This document shows positions 52,116 through 63,840 of a stretch of 64,000 nucleotides of DNA, piece by piece. The DNA lies in IMG/VR virus record IMGVR_UViG_3300050014_000823, positions 1 through 64,000 of that record; one strand, given 5' to 3'. The position numbers and the translations under genes were made by a program. The notes beneath the pieces are model-generated. The model was given only the letters and a program-made list of their open reading frames with translations, was not told where the DNA came from and made no database searches. Within the stretch, counting starts at the first letter, position 1. Each line of letters opens with the position of its first letter.

Positions 52116-52247
52116 TGGTCGAAAAGGGAATTGAACCCCTATTATTTGCGTTGTTCCTACGCACTTGTCACACTGTTGTCCACATGTCGAGACAGGGAAC
52201 ACCCATCCGTATGGCAGTGAAGCATTCAGCCTTATGCTAATTCAACC
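52116..52247 (-). ncRNA. tRNA-like RNA with expanded, branched anticodon region
   Basis: acceptor GGTTGAA/TTCGACC-A, D-like AGCAT/ATGCT arm, T arm AGGGG-TTCAATT-CCCTT; promoter 52258-52287. Confidence 0.7.
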
Positions 52248-52371
52248 GATTATACGTATTATACGTATAAGCCAGGAAAATGTTACAAAAAATACAGAAA
52301 AAATAAAGGGTGTCGTTCTGGTTAAACAATTCACCCTTTTTCTAACCTTAAAACTAATCTATGAAAAAAAC

Positions 52372-55300
52372 CTATTTCTTTCGTATCACCATGATACTGT
52401 CGTTCTCTACAAGAATTTCTTTAACGAGAATACTACGTACTCCCTCACCATTTTGTGGATTAATAATAATGGTTGTCTGTTGAGTCTTACCCACAGGATA
52501 GGTAATAGAATTAACATTACCGCCAGGAAGTATGGCTACTTTAACACTGCCAATACCTGTTGACACTGTATAAATTTTCAGACCTTTGAGTTCATCGGGC
52601 AACCCTGCTTCATTACCATTAAGTATCTGATTTGTTTTGCCGGGATTACAACTTGCCATAATGACAAGTAATAGAATTGCGAATAGTTTAATTGCTTTCA
52701 TATAAAATTTATTTAATTAATGTGTCATAATATGCGCTTCTCCAACCCATGCCATCAGTAATTCTTTGGGCATACCAATTGAATTTTCTCCAACGGAAGA
52801 TAAACCAAAAGGTTATTACAATATAGTGTTTTGGTTCTGCATAGCTGATTGCTCCGTATGCTCGTTTGATTTTATCTGTGTCTATTGTTATCATCCCATC
52901 ATCCCCATATTTCTGAATATTGTTGACCGGAAGTTATCTGCAGCACTACTGTCACTACTACTGTAGCCACCACCAACTGAAACGTTATCATAATCAATAG
53001 GTTTCTTACCTTCCTTAACTCTTTCTTCGTTTCTTTCTTTGCGCTGTTTTTCAATCTTCTTACCAAATCTGTAAGAGTCTATGAGGATATAGGCGAAGAA
53101 ACCTAATATCAGCACACCACACAATATGTCAGTCATGTCAAACATTGAGTACGTTATCAATTTTGTCACGAATTTCTGTTTTTATTTCTTTAAGTAATGC
53201 TTTACGCTTTTTGAGTTCCTTTTCATCTTCTTCATGCCCGTAATCGGCAGACTCTGCTTGAACTCGAATATTTTTGGTGGAACTACCATCATATATACCA
53301 TCATCAATAAGATGATACATACTTTCAAGTTCGGCTAAGTTTAACTCTCGTAGTCTTGGATATTTCATTGTATATTAAATTTACTGTTCCCAAGGTTCTG
53401 GACCAAACATTCCACCACCCCAAGCAGGTTGTACCCTACGTGGTACAGGTTGTGGTTCGTAGTCACTTATTTCAATTCTGTGGTTCTGAGGAATATCGAA
53501 CTGCTGTATCTTTGCTTTGCTGATAGGATATCTGACCTGTCTCGGCTGTTGACTGCAACCATGCCAATGTTTGCGGGTTTGGTGTAAACTGCCATTTAAC
53601 AGATATTCGTCATAAATAGCTGTGCGTTTGTCGAAACCCTTGTCATAGCCTTCATCGTAAGGAAATTTCTGACGGAGTATCTGTACACCATTAAGGAAGT
53701 AAAGTAAGTAGTTTCTTTTCTTACCATCAGCACACTTCTTACTGCACTGAACTTTACATGTGAGTTTGTATTCCATATCAATCGTCATAAGATTTTTTAA
53801 GTCTAACATCATCATCGTCTTGAGTAACAACACTATCATCGTCACTGTTCAAGTGTCTTTGAGTCATCGACTTTTCTTCCTGTTCTTTCTTCTTGACAGG
53901 AGTTTCTTCTTCTTTGTCGTTTTTACCGTACCACATTATCTTAATCCTTCTTCGGTTATTACTTCTTTGATTACTGCTAAGACTTGATTCATTTCAGAGA
54001 GTTTTATGCGGTCCAAAATATCTTCACGTTCAGAAATTAACAAGTCGTTATCCCTGTACTCAACTTCGTAATTCCAGTTCTTAATCCATACAATTGCCTT
54101 ACGCAAAAGTATTGTGGTCTCGACCTTTAAATTACTTTTATGACTTCCGGACTTAACAAGTTTTCCGATAATTTTTTCCGAAATTTCCGTTTCCTTTTCT
54201 TTTAGTTGGTCATTAATTTCCGCACGGGTTCTTCGCACCTGTTCTTCACTATGAAGTGCAGACTCACCTAAAAGAATTAAATCAATTGCTTTCGGACTAT
54301 CAGTCTTTGTTGCCATGACCTTAGTATATCAGTGCTTCGTCAAGACCACGTTCAATGTTTTTCATACCATCGGGTCTGAAATTAGACACTGAATAAGTAG
54401 GACGTAGTTCATCACCCTTTTTATCACTAAAAAGTACACCTGTGTTGGAGTCAGTAAGTTCCTCAACGACTGCTTTAACGCTGTCGGGTTTAAGATAGAC
54501 GATATCACCTATCTTATACTTGTGCTTGACAGATGATTCAGTATAATCACTGCTGTTCTGTCCACGTTTGTCGATGTTTCTTGATGTGCAACTGTTAAGC
54601 AGTATTACACAAAGTAGTAGTGCTAAAAATTTCGATGTTTTCATTAGAATTTCTTTTTTACGTAGGTTAATACATAAGCGATAATTACGAGTACAAGTCC
54701 GATAGCTTGTTGAACCTTTACATCGGCACGTGCAGCTTTCTGCATTTCATGATAGCCGGGATAGTTACTGATATGAACTGCACAATAGATTAGCAGTCCA
54801 AGTCCGATTACCGTAAAGGCAATCATAAGAATGAGTTTAATGTTCTTTTTCATAGTATATGTATTTATTCGAATAAAAATTTCTTGTCTTCAGGTATCAC
54901 TCCAAAGGGACACCAAGTACCAACGCTTTTATAACCAAAGCATTCATTTGTTATTTCACAACCCGGAGAGCAACACCCCCAAGCATTACAACCTGTGTTA
55001 TATTTACACATAATACAATCAAGTACTTTAACGTGTTGTGTCCACTCTTTGCCTCTGGTTGTAATTACTTTATCTTCCATGATGCAAATATATAATCAAT
55101 AATCGAGAATTCCAAGTGCTCTACGAATTTCATCGGCTTTCATTTCCTTGCCATTCTCATATGCTTCCTCCATCTTATTGGTTATGATAGTTGTAAGAGT
55201 ATTGGGATTAACACGTTTAAGAAACAACCTGTTGAGATAGTTGAAGATTTTATACTCAACTTCTCCGTTAATCTTCACCTGTTCAAGCAGTTCTGTGAGA

Positions 55301-58300
55301 CGTTTTCCTGGCACAGTGTCCTTGAATATTTTTATACTACCGCCCAAAATAAGGTCATCAATCCAATATGAATTACTGTTTTCCTTGATATCAACCTTAG
55401 TGTCTGGACCTTCATAACACTTATATGCACTGCAAATGTGCGGTCCTTTTCCAATTATTACATCGTCCCACATAGTATATAAATTAATCAGTTAACCAAC
55501 CAAATACATTATTCATGATGTGTGTGCAACCATCACAGATTTCCTGTTCTTCTGTAGAGAACACAAATTTGAATCCTTTGTGTCTGCGAGACTTTAAGAT
55601 TTCGTCAATCTTAACAGTTTCAAGTGGAACTTTGCAGACTTCTGCATATTCTTGTCCAATTCTGTAGCCATCAAGAACGCTAACAGGACCACCACCGAAG
55701 TAACCCAATACCCAAATGTTTCTTTTCTGCTCAGTATCATAGTACTTGCGAAAGTCGGCATTCTTAAGGTCAAGATTTTTCACCTTTGGTATACGGTCTT
55801 CAACTTTGACGATGATGTTGCAATATTCGGCAACCCAATCGGTTTCACTACCACTCATTAAGCGGACAATAACTCTGTTATTATCCATAAAGCCATATTC
55901 AATGACTTCGGCATTCGGATGACAAACTTTACCATCAATACCTTTAAGGTCAACTATGTCGCCTTTGCGGAGTCCGTAGTATCTACTGCGGGTTTCGTTA
56001 TCAAATGGTTTCTTCATTACTTCTTTGAATATACTGATTTAAGCAATTCTTTGTGTTCGGCTTCTGTACCGATAAATTCCAAGTAGAGTTTCTGTCCGGG
56101 TTCAATGCGAATATTTTCATCACTGATATCGAATTCTTGCCAACCACGCATTTCAATTACCATTAGTAAACCTTTGCGGAGTTCTGCAATCTTAATACGT
56201 TGCTGATGAAACTTAATGGCATTTTTACTATCCTCAATGATATAATCCCAAATATGCTCATTGTCATATCTTGCAACGACTTGTTTATTATCCATTTCCA
56301 TGTAAGAGACTTCCCTCAAGTCATGTGCAATGAGTTGACGGATTTCCCATTGTGGAAAACTTCTGTGCATTTCTGTTTCTTTCATTATAGTACTGTTTTA
56401 ATTAAGTCTATTGCATCGGCAATGAATATTTGCTCATTGCTTTTCATTGCTTCTTCCTGCATATATTTTACTGCTCCCATGCGAAGATTTTCTCCGGGTT
56501 TATTATCATTCCATAATTCTTTTACAACTCCCTGTACTAAAGGTGTAAACCAATTGGGATATACTAATGGTTTCTTACCGTCACCCAACTTACCACTCAA
56601 CACAAGATAATTTAAATAATTAAGTGTTCTCATATATAGTGAGTGTGTCATGTTTCTGGTTGCAAGTGCACCCAAAACAACTTCAACAGTAACAATGCTT
56701 GCTTTCATACTTTGATAATATGTCATACCATCGTTCATTCTGTGCGACTCGATTATACGAGCTGCGTTTTCCATTGCATCTAATTTGTGTTTCATTTTAT
56801 TCAGTCATTACACAATAACTACTACCCTCATAATAATATCCACCTTCTCCATAGGCAATACACCTTATGAAGCATTGTGTGAATATAAGTCCGTTTACCT
56901 CAAAGTCATAGTACCCATCCTCAAATTCCTGTTCATCATGAAAGAACAGTTGTGGCGCATAACCTTTTATTGGTGTATATTCAACATACGGACGTTTCCT
57001 GTCGTTGATAAACTCAAGTACTTCATCAGTGTTGATGTCGAGAAATTTGCTTTCTAAAATTTTCATATCATTTGTACTTCTTTATAAAAGTGCATATCTG
57101 TCATTAATCTCAAGAAAATTTCAGTATGAACCTCATTTTCATAGGGGTCGAAACCACTAAACATCTGATTCTTTTTAATGAATTCATAGGTTTCGTCTTC
57201 ACAGAGTAATCCCCAAACAAAATCAGTGTTCCAATTGATTTTTAGCCTGGCATCAGTGAATCTTGTGGCAGACCTTAAGTCGTCTTTGTTAATACCAAAA
57301 AGGACGTGATTAGGTCTTGTTCGCCCTTCTTGGCTTTTTTCTGTAATTGCAAATACTTCTTTCATGTTACTTCAAGTTTTCAACTTTGGTTCTGAATACG
57401 TTGTTAGTACTGTCAGATAAAAATCCATACTCGAATTTAATCTTTGGGAGTTTCAATGCCCTGTTGTAGATGTTATTCGGGAACGTATCAAGCATAGTGT
57501 TATTCTGATTTGCAATAAGCTGGCAGACCTTTTCAATGCTGAAATATCCTTCACGCTGTTTGGTGATGTAGTTTGAGAGGTCAGCATAGAATGCTGTGAA
57601 CTGATTATAGTCGATATCCGGATATTTGCTTATCCATTTCCATGAAAGGTTTTCACCATCGGCAACATTTGCCATAATGATTTTGGTAACTTCAATGAAC
57701 ACGTCTTTATTCATGTTGGCTATCTGTGCCTTAGTCTGATAGGTTTTCCAGAGTTTATCGTAGAAGCCAAGTTTCTCTTCGACTTTCTGCTGATAGGTAT
57801 TCTGATATTTCTTTGAAGTATTATACATAAACACCGATTGCTTGTAGATGGTTTTACCAAATTTAGTAATGTTTACAACGACTATAAGTGCAATTGCAAG
57901 CCATATCCAACGTTTCCAACGGATAGGTTTCTTTGTAGCAGGTTCTTTTTCGTCTTCATCCCTGTGAGTACTTCTGTACTGATAGTTATCCCTGTCATAA
58001 AGAAATTTAAATGGTGGACTGTCGTTACTGAATTCCCAAATGGCATAGATAAGATAAACTATGTCAAATATGACCAAGAGTGCATTGAGTGCCATGTGAA
58101 TCCAACCATAACTTACGTATGAATGATATGAATCTTTAACAAAAGTATCGTTAAAGATTTGAGTTTCACTGAACATCCAAAAGTTTAGAAAAGTAAGTGC
58201 AATGCCTAAGAGTATTAAGACAATGACAACCATCGGACGGGTAATTTTAAAATTTTTCATAATTTATTTAAATTTATTGGTTATTTTTTTGCGTATTGTT

Positions 58301-60653
58301 TAACAACTTCTTCTGCAGTCATTTTGTTTCTTGAAAGCCAACTCAGACTGAAATAGTACTTGCTTCGTTCAGCCAATATAACTTCTAATGCTTTAATGGT
58401 ATCTGGATGTTGTGGTACTAATCCTGTTTGTCTGCATGCCTTTTTAATCAGTGCTTGATATGCTTTGGTATTATCTGACCTTTTGGCTTTCTGACCTGCC
58501 TTCTGTGCTTCTGAGAGCAACACATTATAATGTCTATCTGAGCGTACTTCGTCTTCATTGAGTCCTGTTTCTGACATTATCTTGCGTAATAGTGCAGCTT
58601 CATTCTTGTTAGGATAATGCTTAGTAGGGTCATTGGCAATCTTCTTTGCCTTACGTTCAGTCGTGTATGTTCTGCTTTCTTGGCAGTCATCATCATAGTC
58701 ATAATAATAACTCATTGTCTTAAATTTTTTCTTTGTTTTCCATATACCACATCATAAACTCTGCTACCGCAATCCACGCTAATTCAATTGGCTTATACTC
58801 CATAGACTCATCATTGACGTAAGTGTTGATATTCATAGAATCTGAGATAAGTCTTTCACCCTTATATTCTTCTCCAGCACAATTGCCTTGATTGATTGCT
58901 ATATGTACACCACCGCCACCACAAATGGTAACGTTGATAGGAAATCCACTAAAATTTCCTTTTACTTTTATTCTGATTTCAGTTATTTTAACAATAACAG
59001 GCATCAGTGCATCCCAAGACTCGTGAAATTTAAGACTATAGTGATATCTTATAGATTTATCGGATTGATAGTTGTAGGTGTATTTACCGTCAATAAGGTC
59101 TTCGCCTTCGGTCCAGACATCTTCAAACTCCGACACATCATCGCCACAGAAATCAACGTAAGAAACTGACGTAGCCTTATCGAAATGTCGCCATCCAAGG
59201 AACTTTGCAATTTCGGTATTATATAATGCTAATTTTTCTTTATAAAATTTTTCCATAATTATTCAATATGATATTCCCAATCGTTCCACATGCAGAGCAC
59301 ATAATACTTATCAATGTAACGTGCCCAATAACCTTTATGTTTAATCCATACACGGTAGACTACGAGTTTGTGTTCATCGTAATATGGGTCATCCTTATAC
59401 TGTGTCAAGGTAGGGTCATCAAGTATATAATCAATATGAACCTTACGAACTCTCTTAATGCTGTCCGTATGTGGAGTTTTTATATTATATGATTTACCTG
59501 CCTGGATTTCCATAGTGCAAATATAAGTAAATTTTCTACTTTATATGCATTATACGATAATAATGTGAAAATGTTACAGCTTCCCCCCATTTTTTTCATA
59601 GCTTCCCTTAAAAAAAATCTAAGTGTGTGATAATGATAGGATTAAAATTTGGCAGCTCCCCCCCGTTTTCACGGCAGCTCCCCTCCTTTTTTAATTTGTC
59701 ATGCCAGTAATCTGGAATGTAATGACAAGAAGTGCGAAGTCTCTTTTGGATAAACCAAGTTTTTTTCTAAGTTTATTTGAGGTAGTTCTTTCGAAGATAA
59801 ATGAGATAAGTGTGAAGCCACCGAAGCCAAAGATAAGAAAGAATGCCAATGCTTTATCAACTGTCCACATCCAATCGTTGTGACCGAAAGCATTTGCATT
59901 ATAGATGATGCCAAGTACAGCAATTAAAAGTATAAGTGGAAGTATTGCAAATCTTGCAAATGGTACACCATAGAGTTTATGCATACGAGTTATCCAAGGA
60001 AGTCTATAAGCATGTAATTCTTTCTCAATTAGGTCAAGTTGTTCTGTAGTAAAATCGAGTTCTGTTCCCGATATATGTACTGTTGCTCTACTGCTTTCCA
60101 TTGTTATCATATGATAGTTGTTTGCTATAAATACTTATGTTTGCAAACCAAACCAAATACCCTTTGGTTTTAACGTAGGTCTGATAGCTTCCAAAATTTT
60201 AACTTCAAACCTATTATCACCCGAATTTGGTGTCTCGGTAATTTCGTCAAAAGACCAACCGCAGCAATCTGTTGGCTTTGAAAGACATACATAGGTATTA
60301 CCATCAAATGTGAATTTCCTTACAGTGTCTCGGAGTAGTCCAATGGGATAGTTAGCTTTTCTCCAATCCTGAAAGTCTTTCGTACTACTGGCAACGACAC
60401 CAACTATCTTACCCTTTGGCTTTCTGTCATCCATGAGTTCTGTAATGACCAAATTGACAGCATTGAGACAATCAACATTCCAAATGGTGCTGTGATTCGG
60501 ATAAAAGCAATACTGTCGCCATCCCGGATACCATTTGATTTCACCAATAACTTCGTCATGATGAATATTTATAATGAAAATTGTCTTGGTTTTACCTGTG
60601 TCTTTGACCACATCAAACCTCAAATACTTTGTTGTTTTTAATGTTGTTGCCAT
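52372..60653 (-). other. run of about 25 short hypothetical CDS, including two lipoprotein-like (52372-52701, 54321-54644) and membrane proteins
   Basis: coupled ORFs; lipobox-like MASC and LNSC; promoter 59549-59578. Confidence 0.7.
57367..58260 (-). CDS. membrane protein with LemA-like C-terminal domain
   Basis: three TM segments, then YQQKV...WK..Q...R..YF.......NN.ML.TFPNNI. Confidence 0.5.
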   Translation of the reverse strand: MKNFKITRPMVVIVLILLGIALTFLNFWMFSETQIFNDTFVKDSYHSYVSYGWIHMALNALLVIFDIVYLIYAIWEFSNDSPPFKFLYDRDNYQYRSTHRDEDEKEPATKKPIRWKRWIWLAIALIVVVNITKFGKTIYKQSVFMYNTSKKYQNTYQQKVEEKLGFYDKLWKTYQTKAQIANMNKDVFIEVTKIIMANVADGENLSWKWISKYPDIDYNQFTAFYADLSNYITKQREGYFSIEKVCQLIANQNNTMLDTFPNNIYNRALKLPKIKFEYGFLSDSTNNVFRTKVENLK

Positions 60654-61234
60654 TTTAATCTTCTGTTAATTTCATAAGTAAGATATGCAGTTCCACTTCC
60701 GATTAATGCTCCTGCGAGTACATCTGTAGGATAATGCACACCTAAGTCCATTCGGGAATATGCAACAGTACCTGCGTAGAAATAAGCTGGTGCAATGACA
60801 TACCATTTAGGATATTGTAAACTCAATGATGTTGCTAACATAAAGGAAGTTGAAGTGTGTCCCGAAGGAAAAGACGGGTCATTACACAGACTTCCAGATT
60901 TGTTTACAATGATGCCGGGATATGTGGTAAATGGACGTTTGCGCTTAACTAAGTATTTTAATCCTGCAGTAATACCTAAGTTAATAATTGTTCCTGTTGC
61001 CAATACACCTGCATTCCGTAATAGTTTATCATCATGATTTGCAAGTCCGAAAATTGCCATACCAACTGGTACACCTGTAATCACATACATATCAGAGTTA
61101 GACATAAACCTGTAAAACCCATCAGAAGGTTGTACTTGTGGTGAGTTGATTGAATGAAGTATACGAAAGTCTATATTCTGACTAAATAATGAAATTGGTA
61201 GAAAAAGTAATAATAGTAGAATAAGATTTTTCAC
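60638..61234 (-). CDS. PAP2-family phosphatase
   Basis: K.LVKRKRP, SFPSGH, SRMDLGVHYPTDV. Confidence 0.92.
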   Translation of the reverse strand: MKNLILLLLLFLPISLFSQNIDFRILHSINSPQVQPSDGFYRFMSNSDMYVITGVPVGMAIFGLANHDDKLLRNAGVLATGTIINLGITAGLKYLVKRKRPFTTYPGIIVNKSGSLCNDPSFPSGHTSTSFMLATSLSLQYPKWYVIAPAYFYAGTVAYSRMDLGVHYPTDVLAGALIGSGTAYLTYEINRRLKWQQH

Positions 61235-63063
61235 AACATATCTATTTTGTTAATTGTTTCGAATATTACTTGTGCGACTTGCGGGACGATTGCGTTTCCA
61301 AGTGCGGTATTTCTACCAGCGTCCAATTTTCGGGATATCCCATTAAATACTCCGTGAATTCGGGATATTGCTTCATACCAATGAAGTCCAAAAGGGTCTC
61401 CAGATAGCTGAGTGCTATGTTGTGTCCCTTCCTCTTGGCTCTTGTCGGGTACTTCTCCCAACTGCCTTCCCGTGGTGTCGGAATTAAGTTCCACTTTGGC
61501 ACGTCCGATAATCCAAACCCTCTCTCGAATGTGGTATGCTCCGACTGCACAAGCCGGCAAACCAATCGTGAGTGTTTCGTAACCTTCAGTTTCCAATTGA
61601 AGCATAATCTGTTCGTAGGCATTACCATCGTCTGTTGTAAGGAGTCCAGAAACATTCTCTGCCACAAACCATCGGGGTTTGCATTCCCGTATAACTCTGA
61701 TATAATCGTCCCAGAGATATCTTTTGTCTTCTTTGCCGAGCATTTTTCCTGCTTTACTGAAAGGTTGGCAGTTGTGGACTGCAAGTCCGTTTGCTGTATA
61801 GGTGTTGTCATCTTCAATCTCTAAATTATATACCGTCTCATTTTTTGAGACTACTGTTATTTTTTTAAACAGACACCACACATAACCATTTTCATAAAAT
61901 CCATAACGTTTAGAATTTTTATGTAGTCTAAGATGATACTGTCTTCTTTCATTTACTGTTCGACCTTCAATTATGCAAATTCTTTTTGGTTTTGCTGTTC
62001 CAAGACTAACAGGTACTTTATATACGTTTCGTGCAACCCTTGTCATATCTAATGCAAGTTGTCTGCTTACTGTTGTTACTGATGTTAATCCGTCCTTTTC
62101 ATAACCATCAGCATCCTGCCAACCATCAAAAACGGCTTTTTGTTTTTCATTTGACAATTCAAACACTAATTGGGTTAAATGCTTTCCATGCGCATACATA
62201 CCAAACTGTATCATAAACTCATATAATTCTTGATTAGTGATATGAAATTTAGTACATGTTCTTTCGACTACCTTTGCCGAACTATAACCAGCATTTACTA
62301 TATATTTTTCAAGGTTATCTGCATCATCATTTGATGTGCAAATTATTACTCGATGATTATACGAATTCTTTCTACTATTTGGTTTATTTTTATCGGGTTT
62401 TCTTTTAGAATTATTAGTCCAACCATCACCAAGATATCGTCCAACCATGTACCAAAACTCAATAGAATGGCTATCGTTGTCGTTTGGTGTGTCGAGAACA
62501 TATCCGACATAATCACCCCTTTTTAAATTTTTTGCTTCGACAAAATATGGGTCAGTAAAAAATCTGTCATAACTTCTTCTTTCACGATTAAATTTATGAT
62601 ATTGACTTCTTACATAAAATGGATGCTCTGCAGTGGTTTCTAATGCATCTGGTAATCCTTGTGCTCTGACACTATAAATTTCATTGGCTTCCCGTTTCAT
62701 TAACGACAAGACTTTCTTATAGTTACCAGTATGTGTTAAAACTGAATCTTCTAATGACACTTCATTTATTTTAACATATCCTCTTTTAGTGGCAACCAAA
62801 GTATTTTCAGTAAAACAGGGGACACCGCCTGTGATGATATCAATTCTGTTTTTCCACTGAGAAAAATCGGTTGTTGTAATGTCTTCATAAGTAATACTGT
62901 TTGGGAAGTGCGCTTTCAGCACCTGTAGGCAGAATGGTTTTATCTCACAATGAAATTCGTTGGACCAACCAACTCTTTCAGCAGCCAAATCAAAGCCGCC
63001 AATACCGCTAAAAAGAGAGCCATGTTTTAACCTATTCTTTAAGTCCAAGTTGTTGTGGGTCAT
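61231..63063 (-). CDS. dcm: C5 DNA cytosine methyltransferase containing an intein
   Basis: SLFSGIGG, GGVP|CQPFS, ENV, RERVWI, LGNAIVPQVA. Confidence 0.92.
   Translation of the reverse strand: MTHNNLDLKNRLKHGSLFSGIGGFDLAAERVGWSNEFHCEIKPFCLQVLKAHFPNSITYEDITTTDFSQWKNRIDIITGGVPCFTENTLVATKRGYVKINEVSLEDSVLTHTGNYKKVLSLMKREANEIYSVRAQGLPDALETTAEHPFYVRSQYHKFNRERRSYDRFFTDPYFVEAKNLKRGDYVGYVLDTPNDNDSHSIEFWYMVGRYLGDGWTNNSKRKPDKNKPNSRKNSYNHRVIICTSNDDADNLEKYIVNAGYSSAKVVERTCTKFHITNQELYEFMIQFGMYAHGKHLTQLVFELSNEKQKAVFDGWQDADGYEKDGLTSVTTVSRQLALDMTRVARNVYKVPVSLGTAKPKRICIIEGRTVNERRQYHLRLHKNSKRYGFYENGYVWCLFKKITVVSKNETVYNLEIEDDNTYTANGLAVHNCQPFSKAGKMLGKEDKRYLWDDYIRVIRECKPRWFVAENVSGLLTTDDGNAYEQIMLQLETEGYETLTIGLPACAVGAYHIRERVWIIGRAKVELNSDTTGRQLGEVPDKSQEEGTQHSTQLSGDPFGLHWYEAISRIHGVFNGISRKLDAGRNTALGNAIVPQVAQVIFETINKIDML
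61266..61817 (-). CDS. alternative-frame ORF nested in dcm, carrying a motif IX-like segment
   Basis: 183 codons open; LIPTP...YPEFTEYLMGYPENWT. Confidence 0.6.
   Translation of the reverse strand: MKMTTPIQQTDLQSTTANLSVKQEKCSAKKTKDISGTIISELYGNANPDGLWQRMFLDSLQQTMVMPTNRLCFNWKLKVTKHSRLVCRLVQSEHTTFERGFGLSDVPKWNLIPTPREGSWEKYPTRAKRKGHNIALSYLETLLDFIGMKQYPEFTEYLMGYPENWTLVEIPHLETQSSRKSHK
61771..62817 (-). mobile_element. intein with LAGLIDADG endonuclease (349 aa)
   Basis: CFTENT...TAEHPF...VGRYLGDG...GWQDADG...VYNLEI..NTYTANGLAVHN|C. Confidence 0.93.
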
Positions 63064-63577
63064 AACCTTTTCTGTCTATTAACATGTGACACGTGGGGCA
63101 AAGAATCCATATTTTTTCTGGTGTAGTATTCGCCACAGTTCTCCACGCACCTTTTCTTTTATACTTGGGTTTGTGTGCTATATCTAATACTCTATCTTCT
63201 CCACACGACTCACATTTTTTTGGTAAGTCAGGATATCTTTTATATAATCTTTTTAAATTTCCGTCACTACCGTTTTTATTTTTACTTGTGCTATAATATT
63301 TATCGTATATGTTAGGGTTTTGTTTTAAAAACTTTGCCCTTGATTGTCTCGCACTTTTAATTGCACATTCTTCACCACAGTGTAATGTACCTGCTTTATT
63401 TGGAATAAAATGTGTTCCGCACTGTTTACAAAATCTTCCAATGTCTCGAATTAAACCATCATTCTTCCTTCGTTGTTTTTCTTTACATGCAGGTGAACAA
63501 AATTTTCGTCTTGCTGTTTTCGCAGTATATTCTTTACCACAACAGATACAATATTTAACAACGGTGTTTATGTTCAA
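63032..63577 (-). mobile_element. zinc-finger HNH homing endonuclease-like gene
   Basis: CICCG..FCSPAC, CKQCG, CESCG...DIAH...LCPTCH. Confidence 0.75.
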
Positions 63578-63627
63578 TTATTTTCACAAAAATAATAAAT
63601 CCTTGCCGATTAAGCAAGGATTATTAT

Positions 63628-63840
63628 TTAAAATTCAAGAGGATTCCAACAAGCTATGCTGTAGTCAAGTTGAAGTTCTTTCCTGACTCTTTTTTTCTTC
63701 TTACGTGGATAGTTTTTAGTCTTTCTCCACTCAGCAAGAATCTGTTCTTTACGTTCTTCCTGTTGGGTTTTCATGTCATTCAACATTGACATGCCCATCA
63801 TAAGATATGCACCAAGTACCGGACTTATTTGTGAGTTCAT
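63628..63840 (-). CDS. small basic hypothetical protein
   Basis: 70 aa ORF followed by hairpin 63591-63629. Confidence 0.65.
   Translation of the reverse strand: MNSQISPVLGAYLMMGMSMLNDMKTQQEERKEQILAEWRKTKNYPRKKKKRVRKELQLDYSIACWNPLEF

Noticed and set aside
51842-52247. tmRNA or RNase P RNA
   Set aside because: No G3.U70 alanine acceptor or tag ORF, and the RNase P GAGGAAAGUCC signature was not found
51817-52563. Short overlapping ORFs on both strands
   Set aside because: Atypical composition, no A-rich leaders; better explained by structured RNA
2243-63686. Many antisense ORFs in the track (e.g. 2243-2467, 13472-13762, 35810-36283, 63309-63686)
   Set aside because: Shadows of well-supported genes on the opposite strand
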